This document shows, in pieces, positions 19,867 through 28,804 of a stretch of 64,000 nt of DNA; positions within the stretch are counted from its first letter, which is position 1, and every line of letters starts with the position of its first letter. The DNA is from a phage. Both the position numbers and the translations under genes were made by a program. The notes below the pieces were generated by a model. It was given only the letters and a program-made list of their open reading frames with translations. It ran no database searches and was not told where the DNA came from. Location of the stretch: the sequence record OZ346205.1. One strand, given 5' to 3'.

Positions 19867-20907
19867 TTATTTAACGTGTTTGAAAATACCTGCCAACTCG
19901 GTCATTGTCATGCGGGTGGTCTTCATAAGATCTGTCATAGCTTTCTCCATAATTGGAGATACTACCATAAAGTTTCCTTTAGTGAAACCTTTATTCCAGT
20001 CGGTCACCAACAGGGGTTTAAGTCCAGCTCCAAGACGTTCACCAGTTAAAGCACAGCATTTGCGAATATACGAACTCTTAAATTGGCTGAACGACAGATC
20101 AACTTTCATACCTACATCGTAGAACGTTTGACAATAGAAAGTGTAAGCTTTGGCAATCTCAACATCATCAGGTAGTGCAGGAACCTCTTCTGTAAGCTCC
20201 TCTTCGACCTCCTGAGTCTCTTTTTCCTCTTCATGCACCTGTTGCGTCATTTCTTCAATCTCTTCTGTGATAGGCTCGTTTACAATGTCGGAAATGTGCT
20301 TCTTGGGTGCACGATAAGTAACTTTAGACATCGGTAGCATATCTTCCTCCTCTTCTTCGTCAAAGAGTGCTAGTTTATCCTCTTCCGTTCCATATTGCAA
20401 GATGAAATCTTCAAAAGTATAATCACCTTTCAATTTCTCCATACGCTCTTCGCTCAGGTGGAGCATCATCTGCTGGACAATTTTTCGATCAGTTTCGTCT
20501 TTAATCAAGACTGCAGTCTTTTTATCTACCAGACAGTCCTTTAGAGAGTTGCATCTCAATCCCACCACACAACAGTTATCAACCGCATAAGGACCTTCAT
20601 CATCTATCCGCTCCAGAGATGGGTAGAAAGGATTCCCCAGCCCGTTTTCATCTGTGTGCATGTCAAAAGGTATAAGGGTATAGTCGCATACTCCATCTCC
20701 TAAAAGTTTTTTACCAAATAGGAGATATTCTTCCCATGACAGGTCGAACTCTATATCTCGTTTCCGTGCGTTATTCTGTTTGCGTCTATATTTTTTGAGC
20801 AAGCGCTCTAACTCTTCTGGTGTATAATATTTTTCAAGATTCATGAGTCGTCTCTCGTGCTCTGTAAGTGAAGAAATCGTATCAATTGTCTCAACAGATG
20901 TCAACAT
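19867..20907 (-). CDS. acidic hypothetical protein (about 346 aa)
   Basis: Track ORF; Glu-rich tracts; contains the MSKVTYRA segment also encoded at 22175. Confidence 0.5.
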   Translation of the reverse strand: MLTSVETIDTISSLTEHERRLMNLEKYYTPEELERLLKKYRRKQNNARKRDIEFDLSWEEYLLFGKKLLGDGVCDYTLIPFDMHTDENGLGNPFYPSLERIDDEGPYAVDNCCVVGLRCNSLKDCLVDKKTAVLIKDETDRKIVQQMMLHLSEERMEKLKGDYTFEDFILQYGTEEDKLALFDEEEEEDMLPMSKVTYRAPKKHISDIVNEPITEEIEEMTQQVHEEEKETQEVEEELTEEVPALPDDVEIAKAYTFYCQTFYDVGMKVDLSFSQFKSSYIRKCCALTGERLGAGLKPLLVTDWNKGFTKGNFMVVSPIMEKAMTDLMKTTRMTMTELAGIFKHVK

Positions 20908-20917
20908 CAAAAACGTG

Positions 20918-20946
20918 TTGACTTTACTCTAACTCCACAATATAGT
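20918..20946 (+). promoter_or_regulatory. sigma70-like promoter
   Basis: TTGACT, 17-nt spacer, TATAGT upstream of the plus-strand block. Confidence 0.5.
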
Positions 20947-20986
20947 GCACCCATTCGAAAGAAAACTAACATAGGAGCACTTACTT

Positions 20987-21886
20987 ATGGCAAATCTTAA
21001 CAGTTTTAGTACGCGGTGGAAACAGGACATAACAACCAATCTTTCAGCTGGGGACATCCTTTCTGCAATTTACGAGGCTTTAGATGATAAAGCTACTTCA
21101 AAAGCGGTTTGTACCAACCCATTAATTCCTATAGTGATGAAGGTTATTGAGCGTAGATTGGTATCTGGGTCTGATAAGTGGACATATTTAGATAATGAAG
21201 GACACACCTATTCCAATGGGTATGTCGATATAAAAGTAGAATACGCGGTATCATACCGCCGGAGCGGTTCTGTAACTTTCAACTTCTCTGGAGGTTTTCG
21301 ATCTCTGGCTACCTCACCTTTTGTTTCCTCAGAGGAGAAGTATGAGCTGCCATTTCTTTGGATGATGGCTAACGCGACAGGAAAAACCCCCGTTAGCATC
21401 CGAGTAAAATACAACTACAACGGATCTAGTAAGATCTATGCCGAAAGTGTCTCAGCAAGTTTTTATTTTGTGATGGGGGATGGAATCCTCAAACATATAA
21501 AGATGTGCGATATGCATGATGTTATAAATGAAGTGACTGATAAGAATGTTCTAGTGAAAGACCTCAACAATTTTTATACACCCGGAGACTATTACGTCAG
21601 CCGTCCACTGTGCATCTTTAATGCCGCACACCCTCTAGGTGAGTATTTGATCGCCAATAGCGATATTGCCAATAACCGCTTCGAGGTAGCAAGAGTTCAG
21701 AATGAGGTATTGACATCTTGCAAGAGCGGTGATAAGTTTACCGAAGAAGAGATGGGTGTTTTAGAAATGATGGGATATAAGTGTAGCCTTTGGGTAGATG
21801 AGGTGTTCAATGATTGCATCTATGGACAGGATATTTACCCATTAAAGAAGTATACTGATTCCAGTTTAATTTACGCGGAGATTTGA
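20987..21886 (+). CDS. hypothetical protein (299 aa)
   Basis: Track ORF with RBS AGGAG upstream. Confidence 0.5.
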   Translation: MANLNSFSTRWKQDITTNLSAGDILSAIYEALDDKATSKAVCTNPLIPIVMKVIERRLVSGSDKWTYLDNEGHTYSNGYVDIKVEYAVSYRRSGSVTFNFSGGFRSLATSPFVSSEEKYELPFLWMMANATGKTPVSIRVKYNYNGSSKIYAESVSASFYFVMGDGILKHIKMCDMHDVINEVTDKNVLVKDLNNFYTPGDYYVSRPLCIFNAAHPLGEYLIANSDIANNRFEVARVQNEVLTSCKSGDKFTEEEMGVLEMMGYKCSLWVDEVFNDCIYGQDIYPLKKYTDSSLIYAEI

Positions 21887-22161
21887 CTATGATGAAGTCA
21901 TGTGGTAGTGTATATTATGTTGGTGAGAATGTTCAGGCAGATAGTGTGTGGAAATCCATTAAGTCCACCACCGATGATGCCTTTCTGAGCGGGTTATGTT
22001 TTCCCAGCCCAGGGGACACTCTCCCTTACCCTGGAGATTTTGTTGTCAACAAGATGGACGGTTATACCGTGTGCCTGATGGTTGAAAAAATCTTTTTAGA
22101 CACTAGACACAATCACCGTCTTGTGTTAAAATTTCAAGAATGTAAAATGACAATTGCCTAA
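21883..22161 (+). CDS. hypothetical protein (92 aa)
   Basis: Track ORF; start overlaps upstream stop. Confidence 0.45.
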   Translation: MTMMKSCGSVYYVGENVQADSVWKSIKSTTDDAFLSGLCFPSPGDTLPYPGDFVVNKMDGYTVCLMVEKIFLDTRHNHRLVLKFQECKMTIA

Positions 22162-22174
22162 GGAGACCTTGCCG

Positions 22175-22531
22175 ATGTCTAAAGTTACTTATCGTGCAGC
22201 TATTTACTGCAATGAACACCCAATCAATAATGATGGTCACTGCCTTTTTAAAGAAAATCAATTGGGCTGTATTGTCCTCCCTGATGAAGGGGAAGGTTAT
22301 CTGATTGCGTTGACAGGGTTTGAACCTGAAGCTCTGGAAGCCAATCTTGACTACCTGGTAGAGGAGGGTGCTGCAGACCTGGTTGCCAATGGCCTCTCCA
22401 TAAGCCTTGACGAAGTGGAGCGCTTCATGGGCAATTACCGTGTAGTGCGTGAGTTTACTATCGAGGTGGAAACTCCCGAGTGGGGTAGCCATGAAACTAA
22501 TGCCGAAGAAAAAGAAGAGGAGGTAGAATAA
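22175..22531 (+). CDS. acidic hypothetical protein (118 aa)
   Basis: ATG after RBS AAGGAGA; N-terminus MSKVTYRA lies in the 27-bp inverted repeat. Confidence 0.5.
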   Translation: MSKVTYRAAIYCNEHPINNDGHCLFKENQLGCIVLPDEGEGYLIALTGFEPEALEANLDYLVEEGAADLVANGLSISLDEVERFMGNYRVVREFTIEVETPEWGSHETNAEEKEEEVE

Positions 22532-22788
22532 TGAAAGTGCAGATCTTGACTAATGCCGAGAAGATGTTTATTGAAGATACACCTTTTGAAGCTGGTGAGC
22601 TACAGTTCGTTTATTTTGTTGACTTAGATAAGGTGTTTCCTGCACTGAATCTAGGTTTGGATGAAGTTCCTCATAAGGTTTTGTGCCAAGTTGTTCGTGC
22701 CTTAGCGGCAGAGGGGGAGTTCCACACCCTTCAAGATATCCAGACCTACGGGTATCTTGAACTACAACGAGAAGAAGAGGTGGACTGA
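22531..22788 (+). CDS. hypothetical protein (85 aa)
   Basis: Track ORF; stop/start overlap. Confidence 0.45.
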   Translation: MKVQILTNAEKMFIEDTPFEAGELQFVYFVDLDKVFPALNLGLDEVPHKVLCQVVRALAAEGEFHTLQDIQTYGYLELQREEEVD

Positions 22789-22790
22789 TA

Positions 22791-23171
22791 ATGGCTCAGT
22801 GGAAGACAACAGTTGACCTTCATGATCAGTGGTTAGGACGCATCACTGAAGACGGGAAGCTAGTGGAGTGGGACAATAAGCATGTTAGCGAGTTGGCAAG
22901 TATTGTGGCTGGCAAGTTACGCTCCAAGTTCCCTGAACAACTGGATCCTGATAGTTCAAAGTTCGATCCTGAGTTAGAGGATGTTGTATACTACTTCGAC
23001 ACCGTTGATGACTACGACGCGTGGTTTGCAGCACGGGAGCTTTACCCACAAGGCTCTGCTATGCGCCAGATGGAAGAAGATTATCCTCCGTGTGAGCAAT
23101 TCAATAGTGCAATGACTTGCCTCTATGATTGGGCAGATAAGAACCTTGTCTGGATTCGGACTGCATTTTAG
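22791..23171 (+). CDS. hypothetical protein (126 aa)
   Basis: Track ORF. Confidence 0.5.
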   Translation: MAQWKTTVDLHDQWLGRITEDGKLVEWDNKHVSELASIVAGKLRSKFPEQLDPDSSKFDPELEDVVYYFDTVDDYDAWFAARELYPQGSAMRQMEEDYPPCEQFNSAMTCLYDWADKNLVWIRTAF

Positions 23172-23215
23172 TGGGCAGGAATGGCGGCAAGGATGCTGCT
23201 TAAGGAGTAGTAGAG

Positions 23216-23485
23216 ATGTTATACCAGCAATATGAACTTCGTGCAGAAAAAGAGTTAAATTTTGACAAAGATATTCACAGATATTATTATGGGAAAGTTA
23301 GAGGGCAAGCAAGAAAGTGTACTCCAACACTCTTTTATGCCAGCAGACGACTAGCGCCAGAAGAGGCAACAGCAGAAAGGGTTGCGTACAACTGGAGAGT
23401 CACGTATGATATTGACAGATTCGATGTGATATCTGTTTTGGAAAACTTTGAAAACACTTACACACAAGTAGAGGACTTTTACTAA
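23216..23485 (+). CDS. hypothetical protein (89 aa)
   Basis: Track ORF with RBS AGGAG. Confidence 0.45.
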   Translation: MLYQQYELRAEKELNFDKDIHRYYYGKVRGQARKCTPTLFYASRRLAPEEATAERVAYNWRVTYDIDRFDVISVLENFENTYTQVEDFY

Positions 23486-24669
23486 TGTCAAGAAACGTAT
23501 TCGAAAGTGGTCAAATCACTGTCCGTGAGTTGCCAGCTATTATTCAGTTTGCCCAACGTCATAGCCGATCTGTCCTAATTTTGGGACCAATGGGTGTGGG
23601 TAAAAGCCAGGTGATGAAGCAGATCGCTGATAATATGTTCGGTGAGCGAGATGACAACCTTGTTGACGTGCGACTGTCAGATAAAGATCCTGCCGACTTA
23701 TCTGGGCTACCTATCCCTGTAGAAGCGGATGGAACTACACGTACAGTGTTTGCAATTCCAGAATTTTGGCCTGCGGATCCTGACTGGAGCGGAATTATCT
23801 TTCTGGATGAGCTCACTCATGCAGATAACTACCTGCAAAAGGTTGCAATGCAAATTATGCTTGACCACAAGTGCGGCACCTATGCATTCCCTAAGGGTTC
23901 TGTTTTTGTGGCTGCGGGTAACCGTTCTACAGATGGTGCGGTTCTTTCGGCGCTCGAAGCCCCTCTGGCTAACCGTTTTATCATTGTAGAGGTTACAAGC
24001 AATGCAGAGGTGTTTATTGAGGACTACGCATTCCTCAACGGGGTTCACTCCTCTGTAATTGGGTATCTGAAAAGAGTTCCATCAGCTATTGATAATTATG
24101 AGGCTATGGCTGAGATTAATTGTCCATCTTTTGCCACACCACGATCTTGGGTTGCTGCATCTGACATCTTGCACGATTTTGACAGCGGTATTATTTCTGA
24201 CGCTATGGCCCGTGTTCTTCTACAAGGTGCTATTGGTCACACTGCAGCGGTAGAGATCTGGACTTACCACACCAAGAAACGTAATTTACCGGAAATCGGT
24301 CGGATTATGGCAGGTGGCTGCAAAGAATACGTAGGTCCTAAGCAGCCAGACATTTTGTGGATTCTTGGATCTGAAGGTTGTATCGCTATTCGCAATATGA
24401 TGGAAAATGCAAGTATCTCCGACGAAGATCTTGTTAGCTGTGTGGCAAACTTCCTCGATTTCCTTTGGGAAAATTTCAAGGACGAGAACCGAGATTTTGT
24501 ATTCTCAGTCTTTATGGCGATGATGAAACCTAACGCCTTAGGAAATGCCTTGCTTATCGGTAAAGGGCGTGACAAGATTGTTGCTCAGTTGATCAAAGCA
24601 TATCCAAACCTGATGAAGATTGTAAAAGAGTTTGGTGAAGAGTTTAGCGCCATTTTGGCTAAAGCTTAA
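23485..24669 (+). CDS. MoxR-like AAA+ ATPase (394 aa)
   Basis: Walker A GPMGVGKS; Walker B IIFLDELTHA; AAA_5-like layout. Confidence 0.75.
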   Translation: MSRNVFESGQITVRELPAIIQFAQRHSRSVLILGPMGVGKSQVMKQIADNMFGERDDNLVDVRLSDKDPADLSGLPIPVEADGTTRTVFAIPEFWPADPDWSGIIFLDELTHADNYLQKVAMQIMLDHKCGTYAFPKGSVFVAAGNRSTDGAVLSALEAPLANRFIIVEVTSNAEVFIEDYAFLNGVHSSVIGYLKRVPSAIDNYEAMAEINCPSFATPRSWVAASDILHDFDSGIISDAMARVLLQGAIGHTAAVEIWTYHTKKRNLPEIGRIMAGGCKEYVGPKQPDILWILGSEGCIAIRNMMENASISDEDLVSCVANFLDFLWENFKDENRDFVFSVFMAMMKPNALGNALLIGKGRDKIVAQLIKAYPNLMKIVKEFGEEFSAILAKA

Positions 24670-24678
24670 GGGGGTTGT

Positions 24679-25059
24679 ATGGCTAAAGTAGGTAAGCGGG
24701 GAAACTACCTGGTGGTATTGACCGAGGAGCCGGAGAAGGAGTACGAGTGCAGCTCCACTTGCGTGATCGATATCCGAGAAAAGGATGTGGATGAAATCTG
24801 GTTTGAAATATTAGACGCTTGCGACAGCAGTGATTATTTCTTCATCTATGTCAACGATAAGGCTGGATTCTTCCATGACGACGGAGAGTTGCCGTATGAA
24901 ATCTATGAACTTGTAGAGGCTTGCCATCGTGGAGATGCGGAGTTGTTTGGCCTACGGCTGAAAAGCGGTAAATTCTTCTATCAAGATGAGTGCATGAATC
25001 TTCATAACTTTGTAGAGGGAACTTGCAACGATGGAGAGATTTTGGCACACTACGATTAA
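24679..25059 (+). CDS. hypothetical protein (126 aa)
   Basis: Track ORF with RBS GGGGG upstream. Confidence 0.5.
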   Translation: MAKVGKRGNYLVVLTEEPEKEYECSSTCVIDIREKDVDEIWFEILDACDSSDYFFIYVNDKAGFFHDDGELPYEIYELVEACHRGDAELFGLRLKSGKFFYQDECMNLHNFVEGTCNDGEILAHYD

Positions 25060-25071
25060 TTTCTAAGACCT

Positions 25072-25098
25072 CCCCCGCTTCGGCGGGGATTTTCTATT
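25072..25098 (+). terminator. intrinsic terminator
   Basis: CCCCCGC-ttcg-GCGGGG hairpin followed by a T-tract. Confidence 0.55.
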
Positions 25099-25108
25099 TG
25101 GAGTCATT

Positions 25109-25609
25109 GTGAAAATTAAGATCTTTGCTATTATTTTGAGCGCACTTTTATCGCTGCCTGTTGTTGCAGCACCAAAACAAAAAGTATATCATACTTGCAA
25201 GCCATCAGATACTAAGGAAAACATTCTGGCATGCAATATCTACAGGGAAGCTAGAGGAGATGGCACGATGGGTATGCTGGCATCTGGGTTTGCCACACTA
25301 AACAGGAAATCCCACCCTAAATACCCAGACACTATAAGAAAGATTGTCTACCAACCTAACCAGTTTTCGTGGACAAACCACGGCAAAACTTTTAAGGTGA
25401 CAGAAAAAGATTCATGGGATCACGCTAAAAGTCTTGCAAAGATGCTTCTAAAGGTCTATAATAACAACCATGTTGCATACATGGCTATGGACATAACAGG
25501 TGGAGCAACACACTACCATACAACCAAAGTACGACCGAAATGGGCAAAAAAGATGCAGAGGACAGCTCAATTCGGGAGCCATATCTACTACAAGGAGCGC
25601 AATAAATGA
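25109..25609 (+). CDS. SleB/CwlJ-family cell-wall hydrolase with signal peptide (166 aa)
   Basis: GTG start; hydrophobic signal-like N-terminus; NIYREARGDG ... VYQPNQFSW matches Hydrolase_2 motifs. Confidence 0.65.
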   Translation: MKIKIFAIILSALLSLPVVAAPKQKVYHTCKPSDTKENILACNIYREARGDGTMGMLASGFATLNRKSHPKYPDTIRKIVYQPNQFSWTNHGKTFKVTEKDSWDHAKSLAKMLLKVYNNNHVAYMAMDITGGATHYHTTKVRPKWAKKMQRTAQFGSHIYYKERNK

Positions 25610-27588
25610 TCGTAAACAGTAATGAAACTAAAGCGGTACTAACCGGGAATATGGAGGTCACCAGGGGCTCAATTTCTCTGAACAAAGAGACTTTTGGGCT
25701 AATCATTAAAGGGATTTACGAAGATAAGGTGCTGGCAAGCTGCCGTGAACCAATCTTCAATGCCGTGGACTCCCATGTTGAGTCTGGACGGGGTGATGTA
25801 CCGATCATTATTCACTCTCCTACAGACCTTGAACCATACTTCTTTGTGCAGGACGTTGGATTGGGCATGTCAGAAGAGATGGTCCGCAACACTTTCATGA
25901 ACCTCGGGGAGTCAACCAAGCGCAACAGCAACGCTCTGGTAGGTAATAAAGGTGTTGGTTCAAAGGCTCCGTTCAGCATGGTGGACACTTTCGATGTTAT
26001 CAGTGTGCACAATGGTGTTGAAAGCACATATCTATTGTTCTTGGATCAGGGTATCCCAAACGTTACCAAGATCCGTGAGCGGAAGACTGAAGAGCACAAC
26101 GGGGTAAAAGTTCAGTTCCATGTTAAGAAAGAGCATGTCCTGAAATATCGCACTGCTATTGCATCGTGCTTACGCTATGCGAAGTTTCCGTTCATCGTCA
26201 CCGATCCTATGACCAGTAAGATGTTAGAAGGTGACAAGGTTGAGGCACAGTATCATTACGAGAAGGATGGCTGGAAAATGACCATCCTGAAAGGTTATAC
26301 CAGTTCTGATGAGAGCCGTGTTGTGATGGGTCACCAACCTTACCGCTCCAAGTTCCTGGAGACATTGACCGATTACCCTGCAATCTGCGTGGAAATTCCT
26401 ATTGGGGATTGCAATATTAACCCTGGGCGTGAATGGACCATAGAGGGCCATGACGACGGTGGATTCCAGGATCGCCTGGAGGCCTTTGTCAAAGAAGGTA
26501 TACGTCTTCGCGGGGCAGAAGTTGTTGCAGAACTGGAGACGGCAAAAACCTCCGCAGAAGCACGTGAAATGATGAAGAATAGTGGAGTGTTCGGACACAT
26601 CTTCGGCAAAAACTTTATGTGGAACCGTTGGGAAGAAACAGGGCTTGGCGACTTAGGCGATTGTGAAATTTTCGCTGGCGGCTTAAATAAAGGCCGCATA
26701 GGCTATGCTCGTTACGGAAAGTCGGAGTTCTTACGAGGTGTATACCTTGTATTTAACGACGGAGACGGCAAATATAACCGGAATAAGTGTAACTACTTAA
26801 GCGAGATCACCGGACGCAACGTTTTCTATTGCCGGAACACGGATCTGGTGAAAGAGTTTAAAGAGGCGGCACACCATCCGTTCTTTGCAGATACGGTCAA
26901 ATTGTTATCGGAGCTTCCACGCCGACCTGCGAAGAAAGGTGAAACCAAAACTCGTTACGAGCCAGGCTACTGGGTTAAGAAGCTTAGAGAGGATGGCTAC
27001 TTCCATCGTGAGCGCCTCACGAAGGCAGAGTTCAAGAAGATTAAGCATTGCATCCCTTATGAGGGGGATATCCAACGGGGAAGCTGCTGGCTGGGCCAGA
27101 TGAGTAACATCTACCAGCAAAATTATGACCGTGTGCGTGCGGCACTCCAGATTCCTGAAGGGGAAGACCTGTACCTGGTATCAGAATCCCGTCTGCTTTG
27201 GACTGATCCTGATTGCCAGTATGTTACAGAGAAAAATGTGGAACATTTGTTGAAAGAGGACGCCTGGAAATTCTTACTGACTCGCGCAGCAAATGAAACT
27301 TCATATGACAACCTGTATAGACAATTAGGGAAAATTATCCCCATGCAGGATTTTGGAAATTATCGGCCACATTTCCACAAGTGGGAAGGTAACACCGCGT
27401 GGAAGCACAGTGAGCTAAATCATCGTGCCAAAATCTTAATCGCCAACCGGGTTAAGTGCGGGAAGGCCTATATTGCAAGATTGGAAAAGAAATATCCACT
27501 TTTGAAGCATGTGGGCTTGAAATATTGGGACACTTCTGCTATGATTGAATACCGTGAACTGATCGATACAAAGAATAACATCAAATAA
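25606..27588 (+). CDS. rIIA: rIIA-like GHKL (HATPase_c) ATPase (660 aa)
   Basis: Bergerat-fold boxes: EPIFNAVDSH (N), VQDVGLGMS (G1), GNKGVGSKAPF (G2); followed by an rIIB-like gene. Confidence 0.7.
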   Translation: MIVNSNETKAVLTGNMEVTRGSISLNKETFGLIIKGIYEDKVLASCREPIFNAVDSHVESGRGDVPIIIHSPTDLEPYFFVQDVGLGMSEEMVRNTFMNLGESTKRNSNALVGNKGVGSKAPFSMVDTFDVISVHNGVESTYLLFLDQGIPNVTKIRERKTEEHNGVKVQFHVKKEHVLKYRTAIASCLRYAKFPFIVTDPMTSKMLEGDKVEAQYHYEKDGWKMTILKGYTSSDESRVVMGHQPYRSKFLETLTDYPAICVEIPIGDCNINPGREWTIEGHDDGGFQDRLEAFVKEGIRLRGAEVVAELETAKTSAEAREMMKNSGVFGHIFGKNFMWNRWEETGLGDLGDCEIFAGGLNKGRIGYARYGKSEFLRGVYLVFNDGDGKYNRNKCNYLSEITGRNVFYCRNTDLVKEFKEAAHHPFFADTVKLLSELPRRPAKKGETKTRYEPGYWVKKLREDGYFHRERLTKAEFKKIKHCIPYEGDIQRGSCWLGQMSNIYQQNYDRVRAALQIPEGEDLYLVSESRLLWTDPDCQYVTEKNVEHLLKEDAWKFLLTRAANETSYDNLYRQLGKIIPMQDFGNYRPHFHKWEGNTAWKHSELNHRAKILIANRVKCGKAYIARLEKKYPLLKHVGLKYWDTSAMIEYRELIDTKNNIK

Positions 27589-27598
27589 GGAGACCAAG

Positions 27599-28804
27599 AT
27601 GATTTTCATCTACGAACATTTCAAAACCCGTAAAGAAGCACGAGACCGCCGTGCAGAACTTGAGAAGAAGGGTTTCACATGTGCCATTGAGAAAGGCGAC
27701 ACAACCTGGACACTGGCAGTGGGTGCCCCAGAGTTGTTCGATCCTGACCGTGACAGCGTCTGCTACACCCGTGAGGATTTTGAAACCCGCGAAGAGGCCC
27801 GTTTATCCCGCTATGGATTGGAAGATAATGGTAAGTACGCCATGATCTTAGACTTAGGCGAAGGTTCCGTTAAACGTTGGGGCGTGGTATACCCACTGTG
27901 TGTTGTTCACGGTGTGGGGTTCACTGGGGTGGCAATCAAGTCAGAAGAACCTTTAGTAGAAGTTAAAGATCCGGTGCTGGAGGTGGTGAGCAGTGTGTCT
28001 CAGCAACAAACTCGAAGCATCGAGCCTTTGGTAGTTATTTGTGGGGAACTCCTCCAGATCACCTGCAACGAAGGCATTTTTGAAATTCGCCGCAGCGAAA
28101 GTGAGGAAGTTTACCAGAAAGTCTTCGACCATATCTCTGTTCAGGAATATGACGAGGCAATTGGTGAAATCCTTGTCTGGCTGGAACGCAAGAATGAGTT
28201 CACCACACTTGCAGACAACCTGATCATGAAAGATGGTAAGCTCTACTACTACGGTGTAGAGATGCGATCCACCATTGCAAAGAAAATTGAGAAAGATTAT
28301 GCAGACGGAACGCTGGATGACCGCTATGTGAAATTCCTCGTTCGCCTGCTACGCAATCCTTCTGCAAAATCTGTAAACATGCTCTACGATTTTATGCAGG
28401 CCAATGATATTCAGATTGCAGAAGATGGTCGAATCATTTGCTACAAAGGGGTTCAGTTTAACGGTAGCAAGTGGGTGGATTGGCACAGTGGTAAAGTCCC
28501 ACAATACCAAGGTGCTTTTGTATCCATGCCTCGTAACTTTGTAGAGGATGATCCTGAAGCTGCGTGCTCCTATGGCTTACACTGCGCCAGCAAAGAGTAT
28601 GCGAAGAGCTACGGCACTGTAATGCCTGTCATGGTTGACCCTGCAGATGTGGTTAGTGTGCCATACCAACACAATAGCGCTAAGTGCCGTGCATGCCGCT
28701 ATGAGATTGTGGTAGCTCCGGAAGCACGCAAGGACGGAGACCCGATTGAATACGTGGTTGACCGAGACGGTAACACTATCGACATTCTTTACGAGGAGGC
28801 GTAA
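27599..28804 (+). CDS. rIIB: rIIB-like protein (401 aa)
   Basis: C-terminal region (NDIQIAEDG..., MPRNFVEDD...GLHCASKEY, VDPADVVSVPY...CRYEIV) resembles T4 rIIB as recalled; synteny with rIIA-like gene. Confidence 0.6.
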   Translation: MIFIYEHFKTRKEARDRRAELEKKGFTCAIEKGDTTWTLAVGAPELFDPDRDSVCYTREDFETREEARLSRYGLEDNGKYAMILDLGEGSVKRWGVVYPLCVVHGVGFTGVAIKSEEPLVEVKDPVLEVVSSVSQQQTRSIEPLVVICGELLQITCNEGIFEIRRSESEEVYQKVFDHISVQEYDEAIGEILVWLERKNEFTTLADNLIMKDGKLYYYGVEMRSTIAKKIEKDYADGTLDDRYVKFLVRLLRNPSAKSVNMLYDFMQANDIQIAEDGRIICYKGVQFNGSKWVDWHSGKVPQYQGAFVSMPRNFVEDDPEAACSYGLHCASKEYAKSYGTVMPVMVDPADVVSVPYQHNSAKCRACRYEIVVAPEARKDGDPIEYVVDRDGNTIDILYEEA

